Source of the DNA: Candidatus Wolfebacteria bacterium
GTDB lineage: Bacteria; Patescibacteriota; Minisyncoccia; Phycocordibacterales; Phycocordibacteraceae
NCBI GenBank assembly: GCA_002400985.2
Contig: NVRX02000004.1
Location: 83,531 to 107,530, forward strand
DNA: 24,000 nucleotides
Direction of reading: 5' to 3'
In this document: positions 15,795 through 23,474 of the stretch, piece after piece
How positions within the stretch are numbered: position 1 is the stretch's first letter
Layout of the letters: each line of letters begins with the position of its first letter
Program-made: the position numbers and the translations under genes
Notes under the pieces: model-generated
What the model was told of the DNA's origin: nothing
What the model saw: the letters and a program-made list of their open reading frames with translations, nothing else
Databases searched by the model: none

Positions 15795-16327
15795 GATTCT
15801 AATATTATTGAAATAGTAAATGGCAGGTCTTTTTCTCTTGAAAGGTTTCCTATTGGGAAGTCAACACCTATAATTTTCTCTCGTTCTTCAAGCCGTTTTG
15901 CAAAACTTCGGAGAGAATCTCTGTCCGTGGCTATACCTCGAACACTTATTTGTACATTTGCATCTTTTGGACTGTACGTTATTTGTGTAATTTTAATTCC
16001 AATACGAGACACTTCCAAAACCTCTTCTGTTGCAGCAACAAATAATGGTTGCATGGGCAGCGTTTCAAGAAGTGAAAGATTTTTGTTTAAAATACGCAAC
16101 CGCTCCTCAACCTCTTCACTCCCTGATGCAGCAAGTGTTCTTCCTAAAAACTCTTTTTCTATCTCCTGGCTTATTACTCGTTCTTGTAGGAAAACATATG
16201 AAGGAACGAGTAATATGCTGTGAATAACAAAAAGTATTGCTCCCGTAAACAAAGACAGGGAAAGTAGCCTGAGAAGATACATTCTCTTAAAGCGGTGTTT
16301 GCTATGTTCTGGTAAAAGATTAATCAT
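15791..16327 (-). CDS. pilN: PilN-like type IV pilus assembly protein
   Basis: Start MINLLPEHSK (the PilN INLLP motif), followed by a TM helix and coiled coil. It overlaps the pilM end by 8 nt. Confidence 0.7.
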   Translation of the reverse strand: MINLLPEHSKHRFKRMYLLRLLSLSLFTGAILFVIHSILLVPSYVFLQERVISQEIEKEFLGRTLAASGSEEVEERLRILNKNLSLLETLPMQPLFVAATEEVLEVSRIGIKITQITYSPKDANVQISVRGIATDRDSLRSFAKRLEEREKIIGVDFPIGNLSREKDLPFTISIILES

Positions 16328-17414
16328 TGATATATTCTCGAAGCGCCAAGCCCATTGCAACGCTATAACTTAATGACTGTTCATACTCGATTGGCGGGAC
16401 AACCTCATTGAATGGAGCAAGATTCACAAAAGGGTTTCCTGTTCGCACAGGAACACCTACAGATGCCATTAAGTACTCAGGTAGTCCACGCAAACTTCCA
16501 TTTCCTCCTGCAAGAATAATCATTTCAATAGGTTTTACTGATTTTTCTTTCCGTGCTCGATCCTGCCAATATTCAAATCTTTTAGATACTTCATCACGAA
16601 ATCCAGAAAGTGTTGTGAGCACTGATGATAGGTACCCAACATTTCCTTCTTCTAGGAGAATACCCTTCTCTCTTTTAATTACATCTGCCTCTTCTTCTGT
16701 AACTCCATAAAACTTTTGTACGGCCACAGTGAGTGCATGGCCTCCAATATCAAGCGTTGTTGAAAATAACGGATGCTTTCCATTCTGAATGATCATTATT
16801 TTTGTTGTTGTTTTTCCATAATCAACAATCATACACGTCACGCTCTCCCCTGTAGGGAGCAGTGCTCTGGGGAGTGCATGCATTTCACTCTCCATTGATC
16901 GTGTAATGATATCGCTTGCAGACACAGCGTCTGTATATTCGGCAACAACTCTTCTGGCATATGCCACACCAGCCACATGTTGAATATTCTTTTCTCTAAA
17001 CAAGCGTCCTGTATCAAATGCCGCCTCGTGTATCGGAAGTGGCACTTTCTCAGTAATCTTCCCCGCAACTGAAGCACGGATAATGTTGTCATCTTTTGTA
17101 TACGGCACCTGTGTTTGAAATAAATATGATTTCTGTTCAGGAAGAGCAACGCTTGCAAAATGTACTCCGTGAGATTTTTTAATTTTTTGCAACACGCTCT
17201 GTATAACGCTTCTTTCTACTAAATCTCCATCGACAATTACACCTTTCTTGAAACGGTACGTCCCAAAAGATTCAATAATAACCCCTGCAACAGAGCGGTT
17301 TAACACAACAAACTTCACCCCGCTTGTCGACATGTCGATACCGGCTGTTGGCATTTTTAAAAAGCGCGGAGGAGGAAAAAGCGCGCGAAAGGTTCCTGAT
17401 GCTTCTTGTGCCAT
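16320..17414 (-). CDS. pilM: Type IV pilus assembly ATPase-fold protein PilM
   Basis: Actin-like fold motifs: AGIDMSTSGVKFVVL, MIVDYGKTTTKIMII, DIGGHALT, ILAGGNGSLRGLPEYL. The ATG at 17414 has TATACT 6 nt upstream; the track start 17420 is a GTG. Confidence 0.85.
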   Translation of the reverse strand: MAQEASGTFRALFPPPRFLKMPTAGIDMSTSGVKFVVLNRSVAGVIIESFGTYRFKKGVIVDGDLVERSVIQSVLQKIKKSHGVHFASVALPEQKSYLFQTQVPYTKDDNIIRASVAGKITEKVPLPIHEAAFDTGRLFREKNIQHVAGVAYARRVVAEYTDAVSASDIITRSMESEMHALPRALLPTGESVTCMIVDYGKTTTKIMIIQNGKHPLFSTTLDIGGHALTVAVQKFYGVTEEEADVIKREKGILLEEGNVGYLSSVLTTLSGFRDEVSKRFEYWQDRARKEKSVKPIEMIILAGGNGSLRGLPEYLMASVGVPVRTGNPFVNLAPFNEVVPPIEYEQSLSYSVAMGLALREYIND

Positions 17415-17453
17415 GTACACAGTATACCTTCTGATTGTTAATTCATTTTGTAT

Positions 17454-18083
17454 TTAAAGAAAGAACTGTACAAAAAGACTTGCGACAATAATTACAGCCA
17501 CAATACTTATAATAATTCCCGTTGTGCCAAGAAAACGAAGTGTTCGTAGCACTAGGGCAAGTCCTGGCTTTCCAAAGAAAGCCACCAAAAAAGCAATGAC
17601 ACCGAACCGAATGACACGCGCTAACACCACTCCAATTAAAAATGCTCCAAAGTTAACTTTAAACACCCCAGCAGCGAGAAGAAATGGAACCCAAGGGATG
17701 GGAGTTACTCCCACAAAAAGAAGTCCGAGTATCACATTGAGATTGAAAAGTTTCTGCACTTCAACAAACACTGACTCTCCTCCCACGAAAGAAACAAGAA
17801 CTGTTCCAAATAAATCAAAAAAGAATGCACCTAGAATATAGGTGATGATGGCACCAACAGTTGTAAACAATACGGTAAATAATGTATAGAAAATCCATTT
17901 CTTTGGTTTTGCCAAAACTAACGCTGCGAGAATGATTTCTGGAGGGAAGAATATTATTATGGAATCAAGCATTGCAGCTGCTGCAAGTAATGACATCCCA
18001 ACAGGTCCATCTCCACGGTTCTCAAACCACTGCCACCATGATGGCTTCTCTTCTATTTTCTCTTCTGGTATTTCTAATGTCAT
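17454..18083 (-). CDS. YqaA/DedA-type (VTT/SNARE-associated domain) membrane protein
   Basis: LDSIIIFFPPEIILAALVLAKP, VGAIITYILG and GVTPIPWVPFLLAAGVFKVNF match the YqaA-like pattern. It is multi-TM. ATGA overlap with the upstream gene. Confidence 0.7.
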   Translation of the reverse strand: MTLEIPEEKIEEKPSWWQWFENRGDGPVGMSLLAAAAMLDSIIIFFPPEIILAALVLAKPKKWIFYTLFTVLFTTVGAIITYILGAFFFDLFGTVLVSFVGGESVFVEVQKLFNLNVILGLLFVGVTPIPWVPFLLAAGVFKVNFGAFLIGVVLARVIRFGVIAFLVAFFGKPGLALVLRTLRFLGTTGIIISIVAVIIVASLFVQFFL

Positions 18084-18397
18084 CCTATTTTTATTCCTGA
18101 CACAACTTCTTCTGTTGGAGAAAGAAACGCTTTTCCTTCGGGCACAAGAATCATCCCGTTACTTTCAAGACCTCGTATCAAGCGCATATCAAGATTCGTA
18201 ATAAATGGAAATTGCTTTCCTACAAGATCTTCCGCTGCCTCTACCCTATCGCGAATTCCTGAGATAATTTGCCGGTGCTCTTCTTCTCCAAAATCAACAG
18301 TAAGCTGAACAAGCCTGTCTGTTTCTGGAACAAACTCTGCCTGCATCACCGTTCCAATACGAATCTCTAATTTTGAAAAATCATCTATTGTTGCCAT
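18080..18397 (-). CDS. Stand-alone tRNA-binding domain protein (CsaA/Trbp111/EMAP-like OB fold)
   Basis: DFSKLEIRIGTVMQAE...LVQLTVDFGEE..RQIISGI...LVGKQFPFITNL....IRGLESNGMIL is typical of the tRNA_bind domain found at MetRS C-termini and PheRS-beta N-termini. Confidence 0.8.
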   Translation of the reverse strand: MATIDDFSKLEIRIGTVMQAEFVPETDRLVQLTVDFGEEEHRQIISGIRDRVEAAEDLVGKQFPFITNLDMRLIRGLESNGMILVPEGKAFLSPTEEVVSGIKIG

Positions 18398-18782
18398 ATC
18401 GTTCCAAATAACTTGTTAAAATAATCGCTGCTGCTATTGCATCTGCACGCTCTGATTCCTTTCCCGCAAGCTTCTGTGCATCTTTTGCCTGCTTCGTAGT
18501 GTAATACTCAGGTTCAAATGCAATCTCTATATTTGTTTGAGCCTCTAATTTTGCAGCAAATGCCTTTAATTCTGCCTGCACTTTGTTTTCCTTTCCATCA
18601 AGGTTTTTTGAATCACCAAAAACAATACCTTTGATTTGTTCGTCAGAAATAAGCTGAACAATCTCATCAAGTAGTGTGGAGGTGTTGTTCAATACTTTGT
18701 GTGGAAACCCCATTTTCCCATCATCATCTGAAAGAGCAACACCTACTCGTTTTGTTCCATAATCAATCCCTATATATCTCAT
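18381..18782 (-). CDS. ruvX: Holliday-junction resolvase-like / pre-16S rRNA nuclease RuvX (YqgF)
   Basis: MRYIGIDYGTKRVGVALSD. The ATG at 18782 is preceded by TGgTATGCT 7 nt upstream, and the longer track start lies inside that -10. Confidence 0.88.
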   Translation of the reverse strand: MRYIGIDYGTKRVGVALSDDDGKMGFPHKVLNNTSTLLDEIVQLISDEQIKGIVFGDSKNLDGKENKVQAELKAFAAKLEAQTNIEIAFEPEYYTTKQAKDAQKLAGKESERADAIAAAIILTSYLERYGNNR

Positions 18783-18829
18783 ACCTGCAAGCATACCAGA
18801 GAGAGCTTTCTATGCTATAGTCGCGGAAT

Positions 18830-19129
18830 ATGGATTACACACAAGTTCTAGCTGCTGTCAGCAGCGCAGGGGAAATTAATTTTTTGTATCTCGTTGGTCT
18901 TCTAGCCTTAATTACATGGACTCTTGCCTGGAAAGGTCTTGGTTTATGGAATTCTGCGAAGAATGGACAGAAGATTTGGTTTGTTGTCATCCTGCTTTTC
19001 AACACAATAGGGTTGCTTCCAATCTTGTATCATTTCTTTTTTCGAAAACGAACACAGAAAGGACAGGAGTTGGTAGAGAAACATTTTCCAACAAAAGAAG
19101 CAGAGGAAGAGCCAAAACGGTCTCTATAA
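18830..19129 (+). CDS. Small 2-TM membrane protein (resembles the Patescibacteria family I recall as DUF5652)
   Basis: WKGLGLWNSAKNGQKIWFVVILLFNTIGLLPILYHFFF. TGcTATAGT lies 8 nt upstream of the ATG, and a terminator follows. Confidence 0.6.
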   Translation: MDYTQVLAAVSSAGEINFLYLVGLLALITWTLAWKGLGLWNSAKNGQKIWFVVILLFNTIGLLPILYHFFFRKRTQKGQELVEKHFPTKEAEEEPKRSL

Positions 19130-19130
19130 G

Positions 19131-19155
19131 AAAAGCGCCCAACGGGCGCTTTTTA
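19131..19155. terminator. Terminator between DUF5652-like gene and tRNA-Ser
   Basis: aaaagcgccc-aacg-ggcgcttttt. Confidence 0.75.
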
Positions 19156-19167
19156 CTATCTCTATAT

Positions 19168-19257
<90 letters not shown>

Positions 19258-19347
19258 TGGTCATGGGCTGTAATGTACCACCAATGTTACTTTTTTTCTA
19301 CATAATGGCACTTTGGGCAAAGAGGTTCAAAGTTTGTACGTTTGCTA

Positions 19348-19620
19348 TTATTCCTGCAAACGAGAGTATAGCCTTCCTGTAATTAACAAAAGAAATAATC
19401 CCCCAAAGAATATGAGTATTGGCTTGTCTCCAAGCAATGGAACGGTGCCAACAACTTCTTCAAACCCGTATATGACAGCAGCAATACCAAGTGTGGCAAG
19501 TAGAGAAAATGTTAGAGGGTACTTAGCCGAATGCTGCTCTTTAGAAATTTGCGTATGCACATCACGTATAACAGTCTCAAAGTCCTTAAGTGGGTTTGGG
19601 ATTGATTTTTTACTATCCAT
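19348..19620 (-). CDS. Hypothetical small 2-TM membrane protein (90 aa)
   Basis: Two hydrophobic helices. TGgTATGGT lies 6 nt upstream of the ATG. I recognise no family. Confidence 0.5.
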   Translation of the reverse strand: MDSKKSIPNPLKDFETVIRDVHTQISKEQHSAKYPLTFSLLATLGIAAVIYGFEEVVGTVPLLGDKPILIFFGGLFLLLITGRLYSRLQE

Positions 19621-19661
19621 ACCATCACCATACCACCTGTATTGGTGCTATACTTTTTGCA

Positions 19662-20126
19662 ATGGAACAAGGCCCCCTCACATGGAAAACAACAGAGCGA
19701 AACATAAAAACCAGAAAACCTGACTGGTATTGGGTTCTTGGTATTTTTGGTACCGCACTTGCTGTTGCCTCAATACTTTTTGGAAACATCCTCTTTGCAA
19801 TCGTAATTATTACCGGAGCTGTTGCACTTGGACTTGCGTCAGTTGGTGCTGCAAATGAATATCAAATTTCTTTAACAAATCGTGGAGTTCTTATTGATTC
19901 CACACTTTTCCCATACGAAAACATTGTTTCTTTCTGTGTTCTTGAATATGAAGATGAACATCCTGTGCTTTCTTTACGAACAAAGAGTATTTTTGCCCCC
20001 CAGCTATCTATTCCTCTTATTGGGGTAGATCCATTTGAAATATATGAGGTTCTCGACTATTACGTACAAGAAGAAGCTCATGAAGAAGGCCTCCTCGATC
20101 GATTGGTAGATTTCTTGGGGTTTTAG
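19662..20126 (+). CDS. Hypothetical membrane protein (154 aa; 2 TM plus acidic C-terminal domain)
   Basis: Internal ATG (MEQGPLTWKTTERNIKTRKPDWYWVLGIFG...) with TGcTATACT 7 nt upstream. The longer track start would overlap the divergent gene. Confidence 0.55.
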   Translation: MEQGPLTWKTTERNIKTRKPDWYWVLGIFGTALAVASILFGNILFAIVIITGAVALGLASVGAANEYQISLTNRGVLIDSTLFPYENIVSFCVLEYEDEHPVLSLRTKSIFAPQLSIPLIGVDPFEIYEVLDYYVQEEAHEEGLLDRLVDFLGF

Positions 20127-20163
20127 TCTGGATTCAGTTCCTGTAGAGAACACAATCAAAAAT

Positions 20164-20185
20164 AAAAACGCCGTTTGGCGTTTTT
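20164..20185. terminator. Bidirectional terminator between the 154-aa gene and rpsT
   Basis: aaaaacgcc-gttt-ggcgttttt. It overlaps the rpsT stop. Confidence 0.75.
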
Positions 20186-20453
20186 ACTTTTCTTCCTTCC
20201 TTCCAATTGCTCGTGCTAATTGAGATTTTTTTCGTGAAGCATTTCTTTTCTTTATAAGCCCTCGTTTCTCTGCTTTATCAATTGCTTTGTATGCTGCAGG
20301 GAGTTTTTCTGCTGCTGCTTTGAGATCGCCTGTTGCAATAAGGTCCTGAGTACCCTTAATTTCAGACTTAAGAGTTCGCCACCGACGAATGTTGAAAACC
20401 CGCTTTCGTAGCGATGCTCGGTGTGCTTTTTTTGCTCCTTCAGTTATTGCCAT
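20184..20453 (-). CDS. rpsT: 30S ribosomal protein S20
   Basis: 89 aa, basic and helical. KKAHRASLRKRVFNIRRWRTLKSEIK...AYKAIDKAEKRGLIKKRNASRKKSQLA is typical S20. Confidence 0.9.
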   Translation of the reverse strand: MAITEGAKKAHRASLRKRVFNIRRWRTLKSEIKGTQDLIATGDLKAAAEKLPAAYKAIDKAEKRGLIKKRNASRKKSQLARAIGRKEEK

Positions 20454-20513
20454 ATGTGAGCGCGATAGTATATGAGAACCACCATAAAAGCAAGTGCGTG
20501 GTACGATATTCTC

Positions 20514-21071
20514 ATGATTAGAACGATTTCTGGAACAGTTAATTCTGTTAATGAAGAGAGCGCTATTATTGGTGTATTTGGCTTAGGTCTTATTGTCCGA
20601 ATGCCAAAAGGCGATCTCTCTTCCTTAAAGGTTGGCAGAGAAATTACCCTCCACACATATCTTGCACTCCGAGAGAATGCAGCAGACTTATATGGCTTTG
20701 CAGAAGAAGAGACTCTTCACTTTTTTGAGCTTCTCCTTGGAGTTTCCGGAGTTGGACCTCGTTCTGCAATAAATATTGCAGACCTTGCTCCAGTCGCAGT
20801 CTTGTCTGATGCAATTAAGGCAAAAGATATCTCATACCTCACACGAGTTGCTGGTGTAGGTAAAAAAATGGCTGAGAAAATTATCGTGGAACTAAAAGAT
20901 AAGGTTGAGGGATCTGGAAAAGCGTTGTTGCGTGATGACGATACTGAAATATTGGACACGCTTGTTGCGCTTGGGTATAAAGAACGAGAAGCAAAAGACG
21001 CACTACACAATATTCCTGAAACTATCACAAATAAAGATGAACGATTGCGTGCAGCGTTACGAAAATCATGA
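20514..21071 (+). CDS. ruvA: Holliday junction DNA helicase subunit RuvA
   Basis: MIRTISGTV (OB-fold N-terminus), HhH motifs LLGVSGVGPRSAINI and VAGVGKKMAEKIIVELKDK, and domain III LVALGYKEREAKDAL. Start at the internal ATG. Confidence 0.9.
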   Translation: MIRTISGTVNSVNEESAIIGVFGLGLIVRMPKGDLSSLKVGREITLHTYLALRENAADLYGFAEEETLHFFELLLGVSGVGPRSAINIADLAPVAVLSDAIKAKDISYLTRVAGVGKKMAEKIIVELKDKVEGSGKALLRDDDTEILDTLVALGYKEREAKDALHNIPETITNKDERLRAALRKS

Positions 21072-22315
21072 TTTTTAAAATAAAAACGTTTATTCGAAAC
21101 AACACCCCTCCCTTTGCGCTTTCTCTGTATCATTACAGTCTTTCATTTATGGGCGCAGTACTTGCAGGATTCCCAGCGAAACACATGCACGTTGTGCTTG
21201 TTACAGGGACAAAAGGAAAATCTACTGTTTCAGAACTTCTTTACACTATTTTAAAAGAGACTGATCATAAAACGGTTCTTATAAGCACTATTGCGTATAA
21301 GCTTCCCGAAGAAACAATTCCAAACAAATTTAAAATGACCATGCCTGGTCGAGGAAAAATTCACAGACTGCTTGCTCGTGCACGAAAACAAGGTGCCACA
21401 CATGCCATTATCGAAGCCACAAGTGAAGGGACAAAATTATTTCGTCACACCTTTCTCTTCCCTTCTATTCTTATATTTACAAACCTTCAAAAAGAACATA
21501 TCGAATCTCACGGATCTTTTGAAAATTATAAAAAAGCAAAACTTTTATACGCACAGGCGATTCAAAAAAATAACGGAACTATTATTGCAAACACAGATGA
21601 TGTACACGCGAAGGATTTCCTTGCATACAGCACAAAACAGTTTCCGTTTTCTGAACAAGATCTAAAAGAACTACAAACGACCTCAACAGGTGTTTCGTTT
21701 GTGTATAAAAAAGAAAAGGTGTCGCTTCCATTGCCTGGAACATTTAATGCCATGAATGCACTTGCCGCCCTTACCACAGCAGAAGTACTTGGTGTGCAGA
21801 CAAAAGACGCAGTACAAGCAATTCAAAAAATAGAAAAGGTGCGAGGGCGGGTAGAGTTTATTGATGGAGGTCAAGATTTCTCCGCAATTGTCGACTACGC
21901 ACACACTCCTGACTCTCTAGAGGCCCTCTATGGAGCTTTCTCCACACAAAGGAAGATTTGTGTGCTTGGAAACACTGGGGGCGGGAGAGACACGTGGAAG
22001 CGTCCTCATATGGGGGCTATTGCAGCACAAAACTGTGATGTTGTTATTCTTACTAATGAAGATCCGTATGACGAAGACCCCGACAAAATAATCTCTGAAA
22101 TGACAGCTGACATGAATCCTTCTCCTACAATTATCATGGATCGCAGAGAAGCGATTGCAAAAGCGCTCTCTTTAGCACACACTAATGATGTTGTCCTTAT
22201 TTCGGGCAAAGGTACCGATCCATACATTATGGAAGCACACGGACAAAAAGTTCCGTGGGATGATGCAGCGGTTGTGCGCGAAGAACTTGCCAAACTGAGT
22301 AATAAAACCCTATAG
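21068..22315 (+). CDS. murE: Mur ligase family protein, MurE-like, lacking the N-terminal UDP-binding domain
   Basis: P-loop VLVTGTKGKSTV, FTNLQKEHIESHGSFENYKKAK, VDYAHTPDSLEALY and VLGNTGGGRDTWKRPHMGAIAA...VVILTNEDPYDEDP run parallel to E. coli MurE. ATGA overlap with ruvA. Confidence 0.7.
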   Translation: MIFKIKTFIRNNTPPFALSLYHYSLSFMGAVLAGFPAKHMHVVLVTGTKGKSTVSELLYTILKETDHKTVLISTIAYKLPEETIPNKFKMTMPGRGKIHRLLARARKQGATHAIIEATSEGTKLFRHTFLFPSILIFTNLQKEHIESHGSFENYKKAKLLYAQAIQKNNGTIIANTDDVHAKDFLAYSTKQFPFSEQDLKELQTTSTGVSFVYKKEKVSLPLPGTFNAMNALAALTTAEVLGVQTKDAVQAIQKIEKVRGRVEFIDGGQDFSAIVDYAHTPDSLEALYGAFSTQRKICVLGNTGGGRDTWKRPHMGAIAAQNCDVVILTNEDPYDEDPDKIISEMTADMNPSPTIIMDRREAIAKALSLAHTNDVVLISGKGTDPYIMEAHGQKVPWDDAAVVREELAKLSNKTL

Positions 22316-22324
22316 TATCTATAT

Positions 22325-23326
22325 ATGGCAGAAGAAAAAGAAAGTAGCGGAGGAGGATTTGGAGATGCGTTTTTTATAATTGGGATTATTATCCTTCTTT
22401 TCTTTGTGTGGGTTGCAACCGGAGGCCCAAATAAAGCTATTTCTTCTGGAGGTTTTACAATCTCTTCCCCAAAACCATTAAGTACCGGTGAGGCTCGTGG
22501 AACTGGAGCTCTTTTAAACTTTCGCGCACCTCGTGTGCTTCCTAGGGTAAGTACAAGAAGTTCTTCACCAACAGATGACTCAGATGCTGCAGCAGTTGAA
22601 GAACGAAGGAGACAGGCTGAAGCAGACGCTGAGTTTTCATCTCTTGAACGGTCTTTGTACCGTGGAACTGTTTCTATTTCTAAAAGCACCAGTGGTCCAC
22701 GCAAAACAAATGCTCAAGAGGAAAATATTCGTATCTCTGTATCAAGGAGATCGGAAGAATCTATAAACGTATCCGGATGGAAACTCGTCTCTGAGGTCAC
22801 TGGAAAAAATGCTGTCATTCCATTTGGGACAGAACTTCCTCTTTCGGGAATCATCCTTGAAAAAGAAGCGTTGGTTCTTGATCCTGGTGACACGGCATAC
22901 ATTATTAGTGGCAGGTCCCCTATTGGCGCATCGTTTCGCATGAATATTTGTATGGGGTATTTTGGACAATACCAAACCTTCTCTCCAAGCATACGAAACT
23001 CTTGCCCTCTTCCAGAAGATGAGCTTATTGAATTTTCGGGTATTGATTTAAACAAAGAAGGCGCGTGCGAAAACTTTGTTGAAAACATTCCCAGGTGCTC
23101 TATCACTCCTAGCATTCCGCCAACAGTATCCGCATCTTGTAGAGGTTTTGTTGAAAATAACATCAACTACAACGGTTGCGTTCGCAACCATCAGCAAGAT
23201 GAAAAATTCTTTGATAACGAATGGAGGATATACTTAGGACGTAGTGGAGAGCTTTGGAAACAGGATCGCGAAGTAATTAGACTCTATGATGAGGTTGGAA
23301 AATTGGTAGATCAAATCTCTTACTAG
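22325..23326 (+). CDS. Membrane-anchored lamin-tail-domain (LTD) protein with 6-Cys insertion
   Basis: N-terminal TM (AFFIIGIIILLFFVWVA) and a low-complexity linker. LTD-like strands: GTVSISKS...NAQEENIRISV....INVSGWKLVS, with closing strands EVIRLYDEVGKLVDQISY. Six Cys lie between 22949 and 23179. Confidence 0.6.
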   Translation: MAEEKESSGGGFGDAFFIIGIIILLFFVWVATGGPNKAISSGGFTISSPKPLSTGEARGTGALLNFRAPRVLPRVSTRSSSPTDDSDAAAVEERRRQAEADAEFSSLERSLYRGTVSISKSTSGPRKTNAQEENIRISVSRRSEESINVSGWKLVSEVTGKNAVIPFGTELPLSGIILEKEALVLDPGDTAYIISGRSPIGASFRMNICMGYFGQYQTFSPSIRNSCPLPEDELIEFSGIDLNKEGACENFVENIPRCSITPSIPPTVSASCRGFVENNINYNGCVRNHQQDEKFFDNEWRIYLGRSGELWKQDREVIRLYDEVGKLVDQISY

Positions 23327-23364
23327 TTGCTCTTCTTGTCACTTTGCGGTTATATATGAAGATT

Positions 23365-23437
23365 CCGCCCATAGCTCAGTTGGTAGAGCAGCTCCCTTTT
23401 AAGGAGAAGGTCCTAGGTTCGAGCCCTAGTGGGCGGA
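23365..23437 (+). tRNA. tRNA-Lys (TTT)
   Basis: Acceptor CCGCCCA/TGGGCGG (C1:G72), D arm GCTC-AGTTGGTA-GAGC, anticodon stem GCTCC/GGAGA, loop CTTTTAA, T arm CTAGG-TTCGAGC-CCTAG, discriminator A. No CCA. Confidence 0.88.
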
Positions 23438-23444
23438 CAAGTAT

Positions 23445-23472
23445 AGAAAAACCGGCATATGCCGGTTTTTCT
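23445..23472. terminator. Bidirectional terminator between tRNA-Lys and the holA-like gene
   Basis: agaaaaaccggc-atat-gccggtttttct, a perfect 12 bp stem. Confidence 0.8.
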
Positions 23473-23474
23473 AT

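Noticed and set aside
22006-22704. Minus-strand 232-aa ORF spanning the murE-like/LTD junction.
   Set aside because: It is antisense to two genes with clear homology or motifs. Its composition is Ser/Ala/Arg-rich, and it has no promoter or SD. The same reasoning applies to 20717..21133 (antisense to ruvA), 3196..3708 (antisense to argS), and 14982..15434 and 15451..16223 (antisense to the pil genes).
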